Of a stretch of DNA of 64,000 nt, positions 8,263 through 16,951 are shown piece by piece (position 1 is the first letter of the stretch; every line of letters begins with the position of its first letter). The translations under genes were made by a program, and so were the position numbers. The DNA is from an uncultured Campylobacterales bacterium (GTDB taxonomy: Bacteria; Campylobacterota; Campylobacteria; Campylobacterales; QNZT01): assembly GCA_964560425.1 (NCBI GenBank), contig CAZLLE010000103.1, positions 21,025-85,024 of the forward strand. Direction: 5' to 3'. The notes beneath the pieces are model-generated. The model was not told the origin of the DNA, made no database searches, and saw only the letters and a list, made by a program, of their open reading frames with translations.

Positions 8263-9596
8263 AGACAAAAATTACTAAACATTTTATCCAAAATTTCATC
8301 TCTTTCAAATGATTTAGTAATAGAAGAGATAGATTCTATAGATTCGTTAATATTATACGCAAAAAGTTCTAACTCTCCAGATATCAAAACCCCTCTAGCC
8401 TCTTTTATTGCTTCTAAAGCTCTCTTAGTTGCATCTATTTGGCGTTTGGATATGAGCATCATCTCATCTTCCAAAGATTGAGTATCCAAAAACTTTTTGA
8501 GTCGTTGCATAATTACTCTAGTTTCACCTTTACAACTAATAGATATAGAATCAAAATCATCAAATCTACTTTTTTGAATTTTTTGTTCCAAATCAGCTTT
8601 GTTAATAGCAATGATAATCTCTTTTTGATCTCTATATTGATTTAGAAGTTCAAGAATTTTTTCATCATCTTCACTAAAATCTTCACTTCCATCAAAAAGA
8701 GCAATCACAATTTCACTCTCCTCTATAGCTTCAATAGACCTCTCAATACCTATCCTCTCTATCTCATCATTTGCATCACGAATACCAGCCGTATCTACTA
8801 TTTTGATTAGATGTGTGCCTATCTTGATACTCTCTTCAATAGTATCTCTTGTAGTACCTGCAATATCACTTATAATCGCTCTATTATAACTAAGTAGAGA
8901 GTTTAGAAGTGAGCTTTTTCCAACATTTGGCTTACCAATGATACTTACTCTAAAACCATTTAACAGACCTTGACGAGATTGACTTGCATCTACACTTTTT
9001 TGTAGTAGATTTTGGTTTTCAAGAAGTCTATCTAAAATTTGATCTTGCAAATCTTGTGGTAAATCCTCCTCTGCATAATCTATATTTACCTCTACAAAAG
9101 CCAATATCTCCACAAGAGAGTCTCTAAGAGTATCTACAAACTCTTGTAAATCCCCTTTTAGCTGTTTGGATAAAATCAATGCAGCATCAATACTTTTACT
9201 CTCAATAAGTCCTGCAACAGCTTCAGCTTTACTCAAGTCCATCTTGCCATTTATTACAGCTTTTTTGGTAAACTCTCCCGGAGTTGCCAAAAAAGCTCCA
9301 TGAATTATACAAGCATCTAAAATAGCATCAGCAACAACCAATCCACCATGACATTGAAATTCTACAATATCTTCGCCAGTAAAACTAAATGGTGATTTAA
9401 AATATATAACAATAGCTTCATCTATAAATTGATCTTTTTGTGTATAAAGAGGTGTAAGAGTCGCATATCTAGGGGTAAATGAGGAGCGATGAGTAATCTT
9501 AGTAGCAATCTCTAAAGCTAGAGAGCCACTAAGACGAACAATCGAAATACCACCAACTCCATGAGCTGTTGCAATGGCACAAATTGTATTTTTTAT
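8253..9596 (-). CDS. mnmE: tRNA modification GTPase MnmE/TrmE; N-terminus starts at a non-canonical ATA
   Basis: Frame is open upstream of the ORF-track start to ATA-AAA-AAT-ACA-ATT-TGT-GCC (xKNTICAIATAHGVGGISIVRLSG). G1 GKPNVGKSS, GTTRD, DTAG, NKAD, C-terminal FCLGK; 447 aa. Confidence 0.93.
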   Translation of the reverse strand: MKNTICAIATAHGVGGISIVRLSGSLALEIATKITHRSSFTPRYATLTPLYTQKDQFIDEAIVIYFKSPFSFTGEDIVEFQCHGGLVVADAILDACIIHGAFLATPGEFTKKAVINGKMDLSKAEAVAGLIESKSIDAALILSKQLKGDLQEFVDTLRDSLVEILAFVEVNIDYAEEDLPQDLQDQILDRLLENQNLLQKSVDASQSRQGLLNGFRVSIIGKPNVGKSSLLNSLLSYNRAIISDIAGTTRDTIEESIKIGTHLIKIVDTAGIRDANDEIERIGIERSIEAIEESEIVIALFDGSEDFSEDDEKILELLNQYRDQKEIIIAINKADLEQKIQKSRFDDFDSISISCKGETRVIMQRLKKFLDTQSLEDEMMLISKRQIDATKRALEAIKEARGVLISGELELFAYNINESIESISSITKSFERDEILDKMFSNFCLGK

Positions 9597-10423
9597 TGTT
9601 CACTCTCCTTTCTATAAGAGTTTACAACAATAATTTTTCTACCATCTTTTCTAGTCTTGATCGCTACATACTTATCAGGATATGCCGCACGAAGTTTTTC
9701 TAAAGATAACTTAATCATAATCCCATCAAGCGGTTTAGTTTGAGCTTTTCCCGTATCTTCAACTCTCTCTTTAATGCTTACTAAATAGTTTTCAATAGTC
9801 TCATCTTGATTTTTCAAAAACTCTGCAATCTCTAAAGAGATATTTCTACCATATTTAATTTTGATCCAATTGTGCAAAATATAAGATATAGCTTTATATC
9901 TATAACCCTCTTTTCCAATCATCAATGCAGCATCAGCACCATCAATTTTGATATCAACCAAATCATTACTCACTTTTACATAAATAAGTTCGATATTAAA
10001 ACAGCTAGCATCCAAAAGTTTTTTGATCCCATCTTCTATTTGAGATTGAACTAACTCTGGTTTTTCATATGGAACCGATATCTTTTTGAAAGCTGGTTTA
10101 TTATCTACGGTAACCTTTTTTTCAACTTTTTTAGGATATGCAAAGCTCTTTTTTTCCCTCTCTTTTTTTTGAGGTTTTGATTCAATAAGAGTCTCTTCTG
10201 CTTTTTTTACAATTTTTAGAGTAGGCTTAACATCTTCTTTTAATAGTTTCTCATCATTGCTCAAAAGAGAGGCTTTAATAATCGCCTGTTTTGCAAAAAA
10301 ACCCAAAAAACCAGCAGAAGGATGTTGAAGTACTTCAACATCCAAGTCAACAACAGAGCAATTTAACTCTTTTGCCGCTTTAGTGTAAGCTTCATCAAGT
10401 TTTTCTGCTGTTACTTTAATCAT
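9593..10423 (-). CDS. jag: Jag/EloR (KhpB) RNA-binding protein
   Basis: Jag_N domain (DVEVLQHPSAGFLGFF) and KH domain (IGKEGYRYKAI); lies between yidC and mnmE. Confidence 0.88.
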   Translation of the reverse strand: MIKVTAEKLDEAYTKAAKELNCSVVDLDVEVLQHPSAGFLGFFAKQAIIKASLLSNDEKLLKEDVKPTLKIVKKAEETLIESKPQKKEREKKSFAYPKKVEKKVTVDNKPAFKKISVPYEKPELVQSQIEDGIKKLLDASCFNIELIYVKVSNDLVDIKIDGADAALMIGKEGYRYKAISYILHNWIKIKYGRNISLEIAEFLKNQDETIENYLVSIKERVEDTGKAQTKPLDGIMIKLSLEKLRAAYPDKYVAIKTRKDGRKIIVVNSYRKESEQ

Positions 10424-12063
10424 GACTTAGATACTTCTTTCACGGACTCTTTTTGTGCCTTTGCTTTTGCAAAAATTGAGTTTACATAATATTGTTGCAA
10501 TACAGAAAACATATTATTTACAAACCAATAAAGTGTCAAACCAGCAGGAAATGTTACAAAGAAAAATGTAAAAATTAGTGGTAAAAACTTCATAATTTTC
10601 TCTTGCATTGGATCAGTAAAGTTTGTAGGTGTAATTCTTTGTTGCCAAAACATACTAGCACCCATCAAAACAGGCAATACATAATATGGATCCATCACAG
10701 AAAGATCATGAATCCAAGCAGTCCATGGAGCATGTTTAAGCTCAATAGAGTTTAATAATACCCTATAAATTGCAAAGAAAACAGGAATTTGCATCAACAT
10801 AGGCAGACAACCACCCATAGGATTTGCACCCTCTTTTTTATAGAGTTCCATCATCTTAGCATTCATCTTTTGAGGATTACCCTTATGATCTGCTTGAATC
10901 TGCTTGATTTTTGGAGAGAGTTCTTTGAGCTTATTCATAGATACCATACCCTTATAAGTAAGAGGATATAAAATAAATCTAATAATAAGAGTAATCAATA
11001 CAATCGACCAACCCCAGTTACCTACAATACTATGAATATATTTCAAAAAGATAAAAACAGGCTTAGCAATAAAAGTAAAAAATCCATACTCTATAATAGA
11101 GGTCAAACGAGGATCAATAGAGTCTAAACGATCATACTCTTTTGGACCAATATAACCATTTACGCTTAGATCACTATTTCCTTTAATAAAAATAAGAGGA
11201 TCACTTTCGCTATCTTTTGTCACAAAAGCATTCATACTATTTTCAAAATCATAAAAAGCTGTCGTATAATATTTATCTGAAGCAGCAACAATAGTTGCAC
11301 CATTAAAAACTTCATTACCTTCAGCATCACCATCTGCTATTGTTTCTGTAGCTTCATTTGCTTTTCTTACAATTACACCCTTAAAAGTATACATATCAGA
11401 CTCTACATCAGGTCTAAAACCAGGACTCATGAAATAGTCTTGATTTTCACTAAGCTTAACATTAACATTATAACTTCCATTTTCATTAAAAGAGATAGTT
11501 TTTGTAACTGTAGTTTTACTAAGCTTTTGAGTCAAAACTATAGAAGCCTTTGAGTTTGTTACATCAAGATCCGAAACACTTGCAGTATAAGGAACTTTAA
11601 AAGCCTCCGCGTTTAATGCAGCATCAGAAAAACGAATCTCTAAAGGTTTTAGAGAGTTATTTGCAATAACATTTGGATAACCACCATCTTTAGAGTTTTT
11701 AAAACGCTCCATAAGTACTTCAAACTTTGAAATTCTACCAAGCTCATCAAACTGAGCAATAAAATCTTTAGATTTAACTGTAGATATTATATTACTTTGT
11801 GAAACTGGTGCACTATTTACTGCTGTATCAGCACTATTAGTTACAGGGGCTTGTGTAGCACTATCAGTTGGAGCAATAGGTGCAGCTGTATTACTGCTTT
11901 GCGATAGTGGTTGTGATTGTGTAGTAGCATTTTGATCATGCATCACTCTTTGTGGCTTTGGCATTATAAAATCATATACTATAAAAAATAGTAAACTTAG
12001 TGCAACTGCTAGCAACATTCTCTGTTGTTGGCTCATCTTATCAATCAAGGGTATCCTTTTCAA
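10420..12063 (-). CDS. yidC: Membrane protein insertase YidC
   Basis: YGFFTFIAKP, GNWGWSIV, NPMGGCLP, QIPVFFAIY, PAGLTLYW. Confidence 0.96.
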   Translation of the reverse strand: MKRIPLIDKMSQQQRMLLAVALSLLFFIVYDFIMPKPQRVMHDQNATTQSQPLSQSSNTAAPIAPTDSATQAPVTNSADTAVNSAPVSQSNIISTVKSKDFIAQFDELGRISKFEVLMERFKNSKDGGYPNVIANNSLKPLEIRFSDAALNAEAFKVPYTASVSDLDVTNSKASIVLTQKLSKTTVTKTISFNENGSYNVNVKLSENQDYFMSPGFRPDVESDMYTFKGVIVRKANEATETIADGDAEGNEVFNGATIVAASDKYYTTAFYDFENSMNAFVTKDSESDPLIFIKGNSDLSVNGYIGPKEYDRLDSIDPRLTSIIEYGFFTFIAKPVFIFLKYIHSIVGNWGWSIVLITLIIRFILYPLTYKGMVSMNKLKELSPKIKQIQADHKGNPQKMNAKMMELYKKEGANPMGGCLPMLMQIPVFFAIYRVLLNSIELKHAPWTAWIHDLSVMDPYYVLPVLMGASMFWQQRITPTNFTDPMQEKIMKFLPLIFTFFFVTFPAGLTLYWFVNNMFSVLQQYYVNSIFAKAKAQKESVKEVSKS

Positions 12064-12391
12064 ATTTTTTGATTAAATAGTAATTATTGTGATCTTTTGG
12101 AACGAGGTAGAATTGTACTACAATATCTTTTTTATCTTGTTGATTATGACTACAAATTTTTTTACATCTACAATCTTTTTTGACTATAGGATAGTCAATA
12201 CCACCATCAAAAAGTTGATTACATTTTAATATTCGTATAATTGTATAAAAAATTGCTTTGAAAAATGAGTTTTTTTGAAACTGCCACTTAGCATACTCAG
12301 AGCAAGTAGGATAATAACGACAACTCCCATAACCAAGAAGTGTAAAAAATTTTTGGTAGATTTCTAAAAACTTAAGAGCGATTTTTTTCAT
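12041..12391 (-). CDS. yidD: Membrane protein insertion efficiency factor YidD
   Basis: CRYYPTCSEYA, RILKCNQLFDGGIDYP; position in operon. Confidence 0.92.
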   Translation of the reverse strand: MKKIALKFLEIYQKFFTLLGYGSCRYYPTCSEYAKWQFQKNSFFKAIFYTIIRILKCNQLFDGGIDYPIVKKDCRCKKICSHNQQDKKDIVVQFYLVPKDHNNYYLIKKFEKDTLD

Positions 12392-12729
12392 CTCTTTTTT
12401 AAAGCACCTACCCTTTTGAATGCGTACTGCATATCTTTTTGTAATTTTTTATAATCACAAGTCAAAATCTCTTTTTTTGCCACAAAAACAAAAACACCAT
12501 CTTCAAGATTATCTTGAAAATCCAAAAAACTAGCTCTTAATCTTCTTTTTGAGAAATTACGCTCAACTGCGTTTCCCACCTTTTTACTAGCAGTAAAACC
12601 AACTTGCTTTTTATCTAGTTTTTTGTAGAAGAGTAAGAGACTATTTGTGTGAATTTTTTTGGCTCTATTATATATAAAGCTAAACTCTTTTGTAGTTTTT
12701 AGAGTATTATAACTACCTAAACTGCTAAT
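12388..12729 (-). CDS. rnpA: RNase P protein component; probable ATT start overlapping rpmH
   Basis: Frame is open to ATT 12729 ([20 protein letters not shown]...[23 protein letters not shown]). No ATG/GTG/TTG before the RNR motif. Confidence 0.88.
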   Translation of the reverse strand: MSSLGSYNTLKTTKEFSFIYNRAKKIHTNSLLLFYKKLDKKQVGFTASKKVGNAVERNFSKRRLRASFLDFQDNLEDGVFVFVAKKEILTCDYKKLQKDMQYAFKRVGALKKR

Positions 12730-12851
12730 CTTTTTCTACCCTTAGCTCTTCTAGCTCTAATTACAGCTCTACCATTTTTAGTCTTCATTCTTGTTCTAAA
12801 ACCATGAGTTCTCTTCTTTGGCGTATTATGTGGTTGAAACGTTCTTTTCAT
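12717..12851 (-). CDS. rpmH: 50S ribosomal protein L34
   Basis: Translated by hand: [44 protein letters not shown]. Confidence 0.97.
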   Translation of the reverse strand: MKRTFQPHNTPKKRTHGFRTRMKTKNGRAVIRARRAKGRKRLAV

Positions 12852-12889
12852 TTCGATATCCTTCTGATTTGTTATATTTTTAGTGGCGG

Positions 12890-12895
12890 ATTTTA
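12890..12895 (-). promoter_or_regulatory. Probable -10 box (gcTAAAAT) of the rpmH operon
   Basis: TAAAAT on the minus strand about 40 nt upstream of the rpmH ATG. Confidence 0.5.
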
Positions 12896-12961
12896 GCTTA
12901 TTAATGCTTAAAATCGCTATAAACTAGCACTCTTTAGAAAAATTTTACCTATTTGGCAAAT

Positions 12962-13417
12962 TTAAACCAAACTCTTCTCCATCTTATCCACAATTTCTCT
13001 TTGCAAGAGTTCCCTATCTTCATTTTTGATATCTAGTACATGAATATATAGATCATTATTACTTTTGAGCTCAATCGTAATTGTTCCGGGAGTTAGGGTG
13101 ATTGCATTTGCCAAAAGTAGCTTATCATAATCACTTTTTAGTGAAGTTTTTAGTTTTACTATTCCTGTATTTATAGGGAGTTTTGGGTTTAGTACAATAC
13201 GGGCTACTTCAATATTTGATTTGATTAAACTTTTGAAAAATAGAGGTATAAATTTGATATATTTTTGGGCAAAAAGTTTTAGATCTATATCTTGTTTTGG
13301 AGTAAAAAAATGAGCAATGATATAAGATACTACAGCTCCTACAAACAGCTCTTGGATATCAAGAGAGTTTGTGAGACCAATCCACACTATAAAGAGAAGT
13401 ATAAATTTTCCTAACAT
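12962..13417 (-). CDS. mnhE: MrpE/MnhE-type antiporter subunit (MbxA/MbsA equivalent)
   Basis: LIKSNIEVARIVLNP...INTGIV, LANAITLTPGTITI, LYIHVLD. Confidence 0.92.
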   Translation of the reverse strand: MLGKFILLFIVWIGLTNSLDIQELFVGAVVSYIIAHFFTPKQDIDLKLFAQKYIKFIPLFFKSLIKSNIEVARIVLNPKLPINTGIVKLKTSLKSDYDKLLLANAITLTPGTITIELKSNNDLYIHVLDIKNEDRELLQREIVDKMEKSLV

Positions 13418-13809
13418 TATTTATCCTTTGGCATATATAAAAAATTATTACTATCAGAGTTTGCCCAGATACAATCATCTTCCAATTTTAGTGAATCAGG
13501 AGGGCATACATCAGTACATAAACTACACCAGCAACATCTTCCATAATCTATTCTTGGGATACAACCACTACCATTTTTTGGATTTTTTTCCTCATCTATA
13601 GTAATCATATCAATAGCATCATTCATGCATACATCTTGACAATTTGCACAACCGATACAAGCTTCAAGAACATTTGTATGAAAACCTCTATATCCATCTA
13701 TTTTCTGCTTTTTTTCATCAGGATAGCAGATAGTATTTGGATGCTCAAACAGCTTTTGTACTGCACTAAAAGGGGATACAACCCCTTTTACATCTAAATC
13801 AAATTTCAT
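13417..13809 (-). CDS. mbxN: NuoI-like 2x[4Fe-4S] subunit (MbxN/MbsN)
   Basis: CIGCANCQDVC and CCWCSLCTDVCP; TICYP and YRGFH; ATG 13809 with SD GAGG. Confidence 0.85.
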   Translation of the reverse strand: MKFDLDVKGVVSPFSAVQKLFEHPNTICYPDEKKQKIDGYRGFHTNVLEACIGCANCQDVCMNDAIDMITIDEEKNPKNGSGCIPRIDYGRCCWCSLCTDVCPPDSLKLEDDCIWANSDSNNFLYMPKDK

Positions 13810-13813
13810 CTTT

Positions 13814-14929
13814 TTACCTCTCAATCTCTGGTGGACATATTCCCAATGAGTTCATAATCATGGCTACATTTGAAAGCTCTTCGTCTATTAATAAATTTTC
13901 TAATAGAGTAAATCCATGAATTAAAGATGGTCCTTTTACCTGCATTCTTCTTATCTTTTCACTTCCATCTCCTGCCATATAATATCCAAACTCACCTCTT
14001 GCTGATTCTACACTTACAAATGTATCATCTTTTGGAAGTTTAAATTTTCGATGTTTTGGAATTTTTTGCATAATTAATCCCTCTTTTGGCATTTGAGCTA
14101 TTACTTGTCTTAAAATTTTTATAGACTCTCTTATCTCTGATCTTCTTACTAAAGCTCTCGCATATACATCACAACCTTCAAAAGTTGGGATTTCAAAATC
14201 AAGATTTTCATACATTAGATAAGGGTTATCTCTTCGCACATCTCGTTTGATTCCACAACCTCTCAAAGCTTGACCAACATATCCATTTTTGAGTGCTTCA
14301 TCTTTATTAATAACTCCCACACCTATGGCTCTTTTTTTAAATGAGCCATTATCAAAAAAGATATTGTCATATTGAGGTAATTTCTTCTCAAAATAGTCCA
14401 AAAATTGGCTCAATCTATCCAAAAATCCATCTGGTAACTCTCGTCTTACCCCTCCTGGATAAATATACATATGATAAACTCTTCCACCTGTTAGCTCTTC
14501 AAAAAGATCAAGAATCAAATCTCTATCATATATACTCCATTGAGCAACTGTTCCAAGACCAACAGAACCACTTTGACCACCCATCCACAACATTTGAGCA
14601 GCTATTCTTGACATCTCAAGAACCATAGTTCTAATATATTTGGCTTTTTCACTTATCTCAATTCCTGCCAAACTCTCAACAGCACTTGCAAAATTCTCTT
14701 CATTTGGATCGGGTTCAGGTACACAAATTCTACATACAATTGTAAAAGCTTGTATAATTGTTCGTCTCTCAATCAATTTTTCAAACCCACGGTGAAGATA
14801 ACCTACATGAGTTCTAGCCCCTTTGATAGTTTCACCCAAAAGATCAAGCTCTACACTCATATTTCCTGTAATACCGGGATGCTGAGGACCATGATAAATT
14901 TTTATTAATCTATTTTTACTTTGTTGCAT
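13814..14929 (-). CDS. mbxL: NuoD/hydrogenase large-subunit homologue without NiFe ligands (MbxL/MbsL type)
   Basis: GPQHPG, GYLHRGFEK, RICVPEPD, ESARGE, C-terminal ICPPEIER; both hydrogenase CxxC motifs are CxxE. Confidence 0.82.
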   Translation of the reverse strand: MQQSKNRLIKIYHGPQHPGITGNMSVELDLLGETIKGARTHVGYLHRGFEKLIERRTIIQAFTIVCRICVPEPDPNEENFASAVESLAGIEISEKAKYIRTMVLEMSRIAAQMLWMGGQSGSVGLGTVAQWSIYDRDLILDLFEELTGGRVYHMYIYPGGVRRELPDGFLDRLSQFLDYFEKKLPQYDNIFFDNGSFKKRAIGVGVINKDEALKNGYVGQALRGCGIKRDVRRDNPYLMYENLDFEIPTFEGCDVYARALVRRSEIRESIKILRQVIAQMPKEGLIMQKIPKHRKFKLPKDDTFVSVESARGEFGYYMAGDGSEKIRRMQVKGPSLIHGFTLLENLLIDEELSNVAMIMNSLGICPPEIER

Positions 14930-15452
14930 TTAACTCTTTTAACCTCTTCGCTTCTGCTCTTCTTCTTTTTGTCTCTGCTTTTACATCTTTGTTGTCTTCT
15001 CTACCTGCTCTAAAATTGAAATGTTCATTTACATAAGCCAAAGTATCAAACTCTCTTCTTAGAGGTGGAGTATTATTCCAATTTTCAAGAGCAAAATCAT
15101 ATAGAGTTGGATTTCCAATAAAATCTATTCCATACATCTCATGAAGATCTCTCTCCATCACCTCAGCTTGTGGAAATATATTTAATAGCGTTGGTAACTG
15201 AGTATCTTCTCTACTAACATTAATCTCTACCATAAGATTTTTATCTCTTTTTTCAGTTGTCAAAATATAATTTAGAGAAAAAATCTCATCTTCTATCCAA
15301 TCTGCACATGCTATTTGAGCTAAAGTTATAAACGATCCATTTGAAGATATAAAACTAATGGTGCTAATTAGATCTTTTTCTTCTATTTTTATCTTCCATA
15401 GAGTAGTAGTTTTCTCTATTACTTCATATTTATCTTTCAAAAAATCTATCAT
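14916..15452 (-). CDS. mbxK: NuoC-like subunit (MbxK/MbsK)
   Basis: IACADW, AEVMERDLHEMYGIDFIGNP, PPLRREF. Confidence 0.85.
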   Translation of the reverse strand: MIDFLKDKYEVIEKTTTLWKIKIEEKDLISTISFISSNGSFITLAQIACADWIEDEIFSLNYILTTEKRDKNLMVEINVSREDTQLPTLLNIFPQAEVMERDLHEMYGIDFIGNPTLYDFALENWNNTPPLRREFDTLAYVNEHFNFRAGREDNKDVKAETKRRRAEAKRLKELNATK

Positions 15453-16069
15453 TAATTCATTCCTGCAAAATTCTCTTCATAAGTAGGAGCTATATTGTCA
15501 CCAAAAACTTTCTCTTGATTTTCTTTATAAAACTCTCTATTGTCTCTATATTTAATATAACCTGCCTCCTCTTTTGAGTTTTTAATGCTATCTTGAAGCT
15601 TAACAAAACCTTCAATCAACGCTTCAGGACGAGGCATACAACCATTTACATACATATCTACAGGAAGATAATCTTCAAGCTTTTTAATGGTGTTATAACT
15701 ATCCCAATACATTCCGCCATTAATCGTACAGCTCCCCAAAGCTATCACATATTTTGGTTCATTCATCTGCTCATAACTTCTTATTACTCTTTTTAGAGTT
15801 TTGTATGAACAATATCCTGATACTATCAATATATCTGCCTGTCTAGGAGTAGCCACTCCAACTACTCCCAATCTCTCAATATCATATCTACTTGTAAAAG
15901 TAGGAGGCATCTCAATAGCCCCACAACCAGTACCATAAGCCAATACAAACATACTCTTTGATCGAAACCAATCAACCGCTTTTTGAATTACACTTTGAGT
16001 ACTTTTTATCGCATGTTCTTCACTATCCAAAACTTTTTGATAATCTATAAATCCCTCTTGCATCTTCAT
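15452..16069 (-). CDS. mbxJ: NuoB-like [4Fe-4S] subunit (MbxJ/MbsJ type)
   Basis: GTGCGAIEMPP, RYDIERLG, PRQAD, GSCTINGG, PVDMYVNGCMPRPEA. Confidence 0.85.
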   Translation of the reverse strand: MKMQEGFIDYQKVLDSEEHAIKSTQSVIQKAVDWFRSKSMFVLAYGTGCGAIEMPPTFTSRYDIERLGVVGVATPRQADILIVSGYCSYKTLKRVIRSYEQMNEPKYVIALGSCTINGGMYWDSYNTIKKLEDYLPVDMYVNGCMPRPEALIEGFVKLQDSIKNSKEEAGYIKYRDNREFYKENQEKVFGDNIAPTYEENFAGMN

Positions 16070-16072
16070 CCT

Positions 16073-16951
16073 TTAAACAAACAATAAGCCCACAACTGCA
16101 ATAGCACTTGGGACTCTTACTAGAAATTCAACACTCTGAATAGTTGTAAATCTAGCATAAACATTTCCTACCAAAACAGCAGCCAAAAATAGTATAAAAG
16201 TTTTTACAACCAACTCAAATAGATTACTAGCTCCACCAAAAAATAGATTTACCATTAAAAGTAGTTTCGCAAATGAAAATATTGCACTTTGAGACAAAGC
16301 CAAAGCAAAAAACTTACCACTAAATTCAGTAGCAGGACCACTATAAACCTCTTGAGGAGCTCCAACTACATCAAAAGGTGATTTTCCCATAAATCCCAAG
16401 AATGAGATAAACGCTCCAATAAAAAGAAGAGGATGAGAAAAAGCATTATAAGTTTCACTCTGAGATGCCATAATCTGTCCAATATCAGCACTTCCAGCCG
16501 ATATCATAATCCCTATAGAGGCGATATAAAAAGGCAATTCTAATCCAATAAGTCTAGTCAATCCTCTCGTAATTCCCATCACACCAAATGGATTTCCATT
16601 ACTTCCTATTCCCATAGCATTACCCAAAGGTCCTAAAACCATGAGATATAAAACTACAATCAAATTTCCATATTGACTAAATCCAACCAAATATTGACTA
16701 TCATTTAAATATGGAATAAAAAGCACAGTCATGATCGCACCAGTAGCCATAATAATTGGTCCAGCATAAAACATCCAACCAAAAGAGGTTGAGTTCTCTT
16801 TCATAAAAAGCTTAATACTGTCAAAAAATGATTGAGCAATAGATGGACCAAAACGCCCATGAACTCTTGCACTAATATTTCTATATAATCCATAATATAA
16901 AAAACCAAAAAAGTAAGCCAAAAGGATCATAAAAATAGTATCTAATATCAT
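16073..16951 (-). CDS. mbxM: NuoH-like membrane subunit (MbxM/MbsM)
   Basis: ARVHGRFGP...QSFFDSIKL, PFDVVGAPQEVYSGPATEFSG, multiple transmembrane helices. Confidence 0.87.
   Translation of the reverse strand: MILDTIFMILLAYFFGFLYYGLYRNISARVHGRFGPSIAQSFFDSIKLFMKENSTSFGWMFYAGPIIMATGAIMTVLFIPYLNDSQYLVGFSQYGNLIVVLYLMVLGPLGNAMGIGSNGNPFGVMGITRGLTRLIGLELPFYIASIGIMISAGSADIGQIMASQSETYNAFSHPLLFIGAFISFLGFMGKSPFDVVGAPQEVYSGPATEFSGKFFALALSQSAIFSFAKLLLMVNLFFGGASNLFELVVKTFILFLAAVLVGNVYARFTTIQSVEFLVRVPSAIAVVGLLFV

Noticed and set aside
4750-8270. attL/attR direct repeats and an integrase for the mnmE-linked cassette
   Set aside because: No second copy of the mnmE 3' end was found near the distal boundary, and no recombinase ORF; element status stays tentative.
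8062-8645. Plus-strand ORFs 8062-8481 and 8439-8645, and the many other short ORFs antisense to or inside known genes
   Set aside because: Shadow frames of well-supported genes, with no SD, no motifs and low-complexity translations.
12984-12992. DnaA box (TTATCCACA) near rpmH suggesting oriC
   Set aside because: Single copy inside mnhE; another lies inside uup (32499-32507); no dnaA or box cluster, so consistent with chance.
13814-14929. Group 4 NiFe hydrogenase (Ech/Mbh/Hyc) large subunit
   Set aside because: Both CxxC nickel-binding motifs are CxxE, the protein has no cleavable C-terminal extension, and no hyp maturation genes are nearby.
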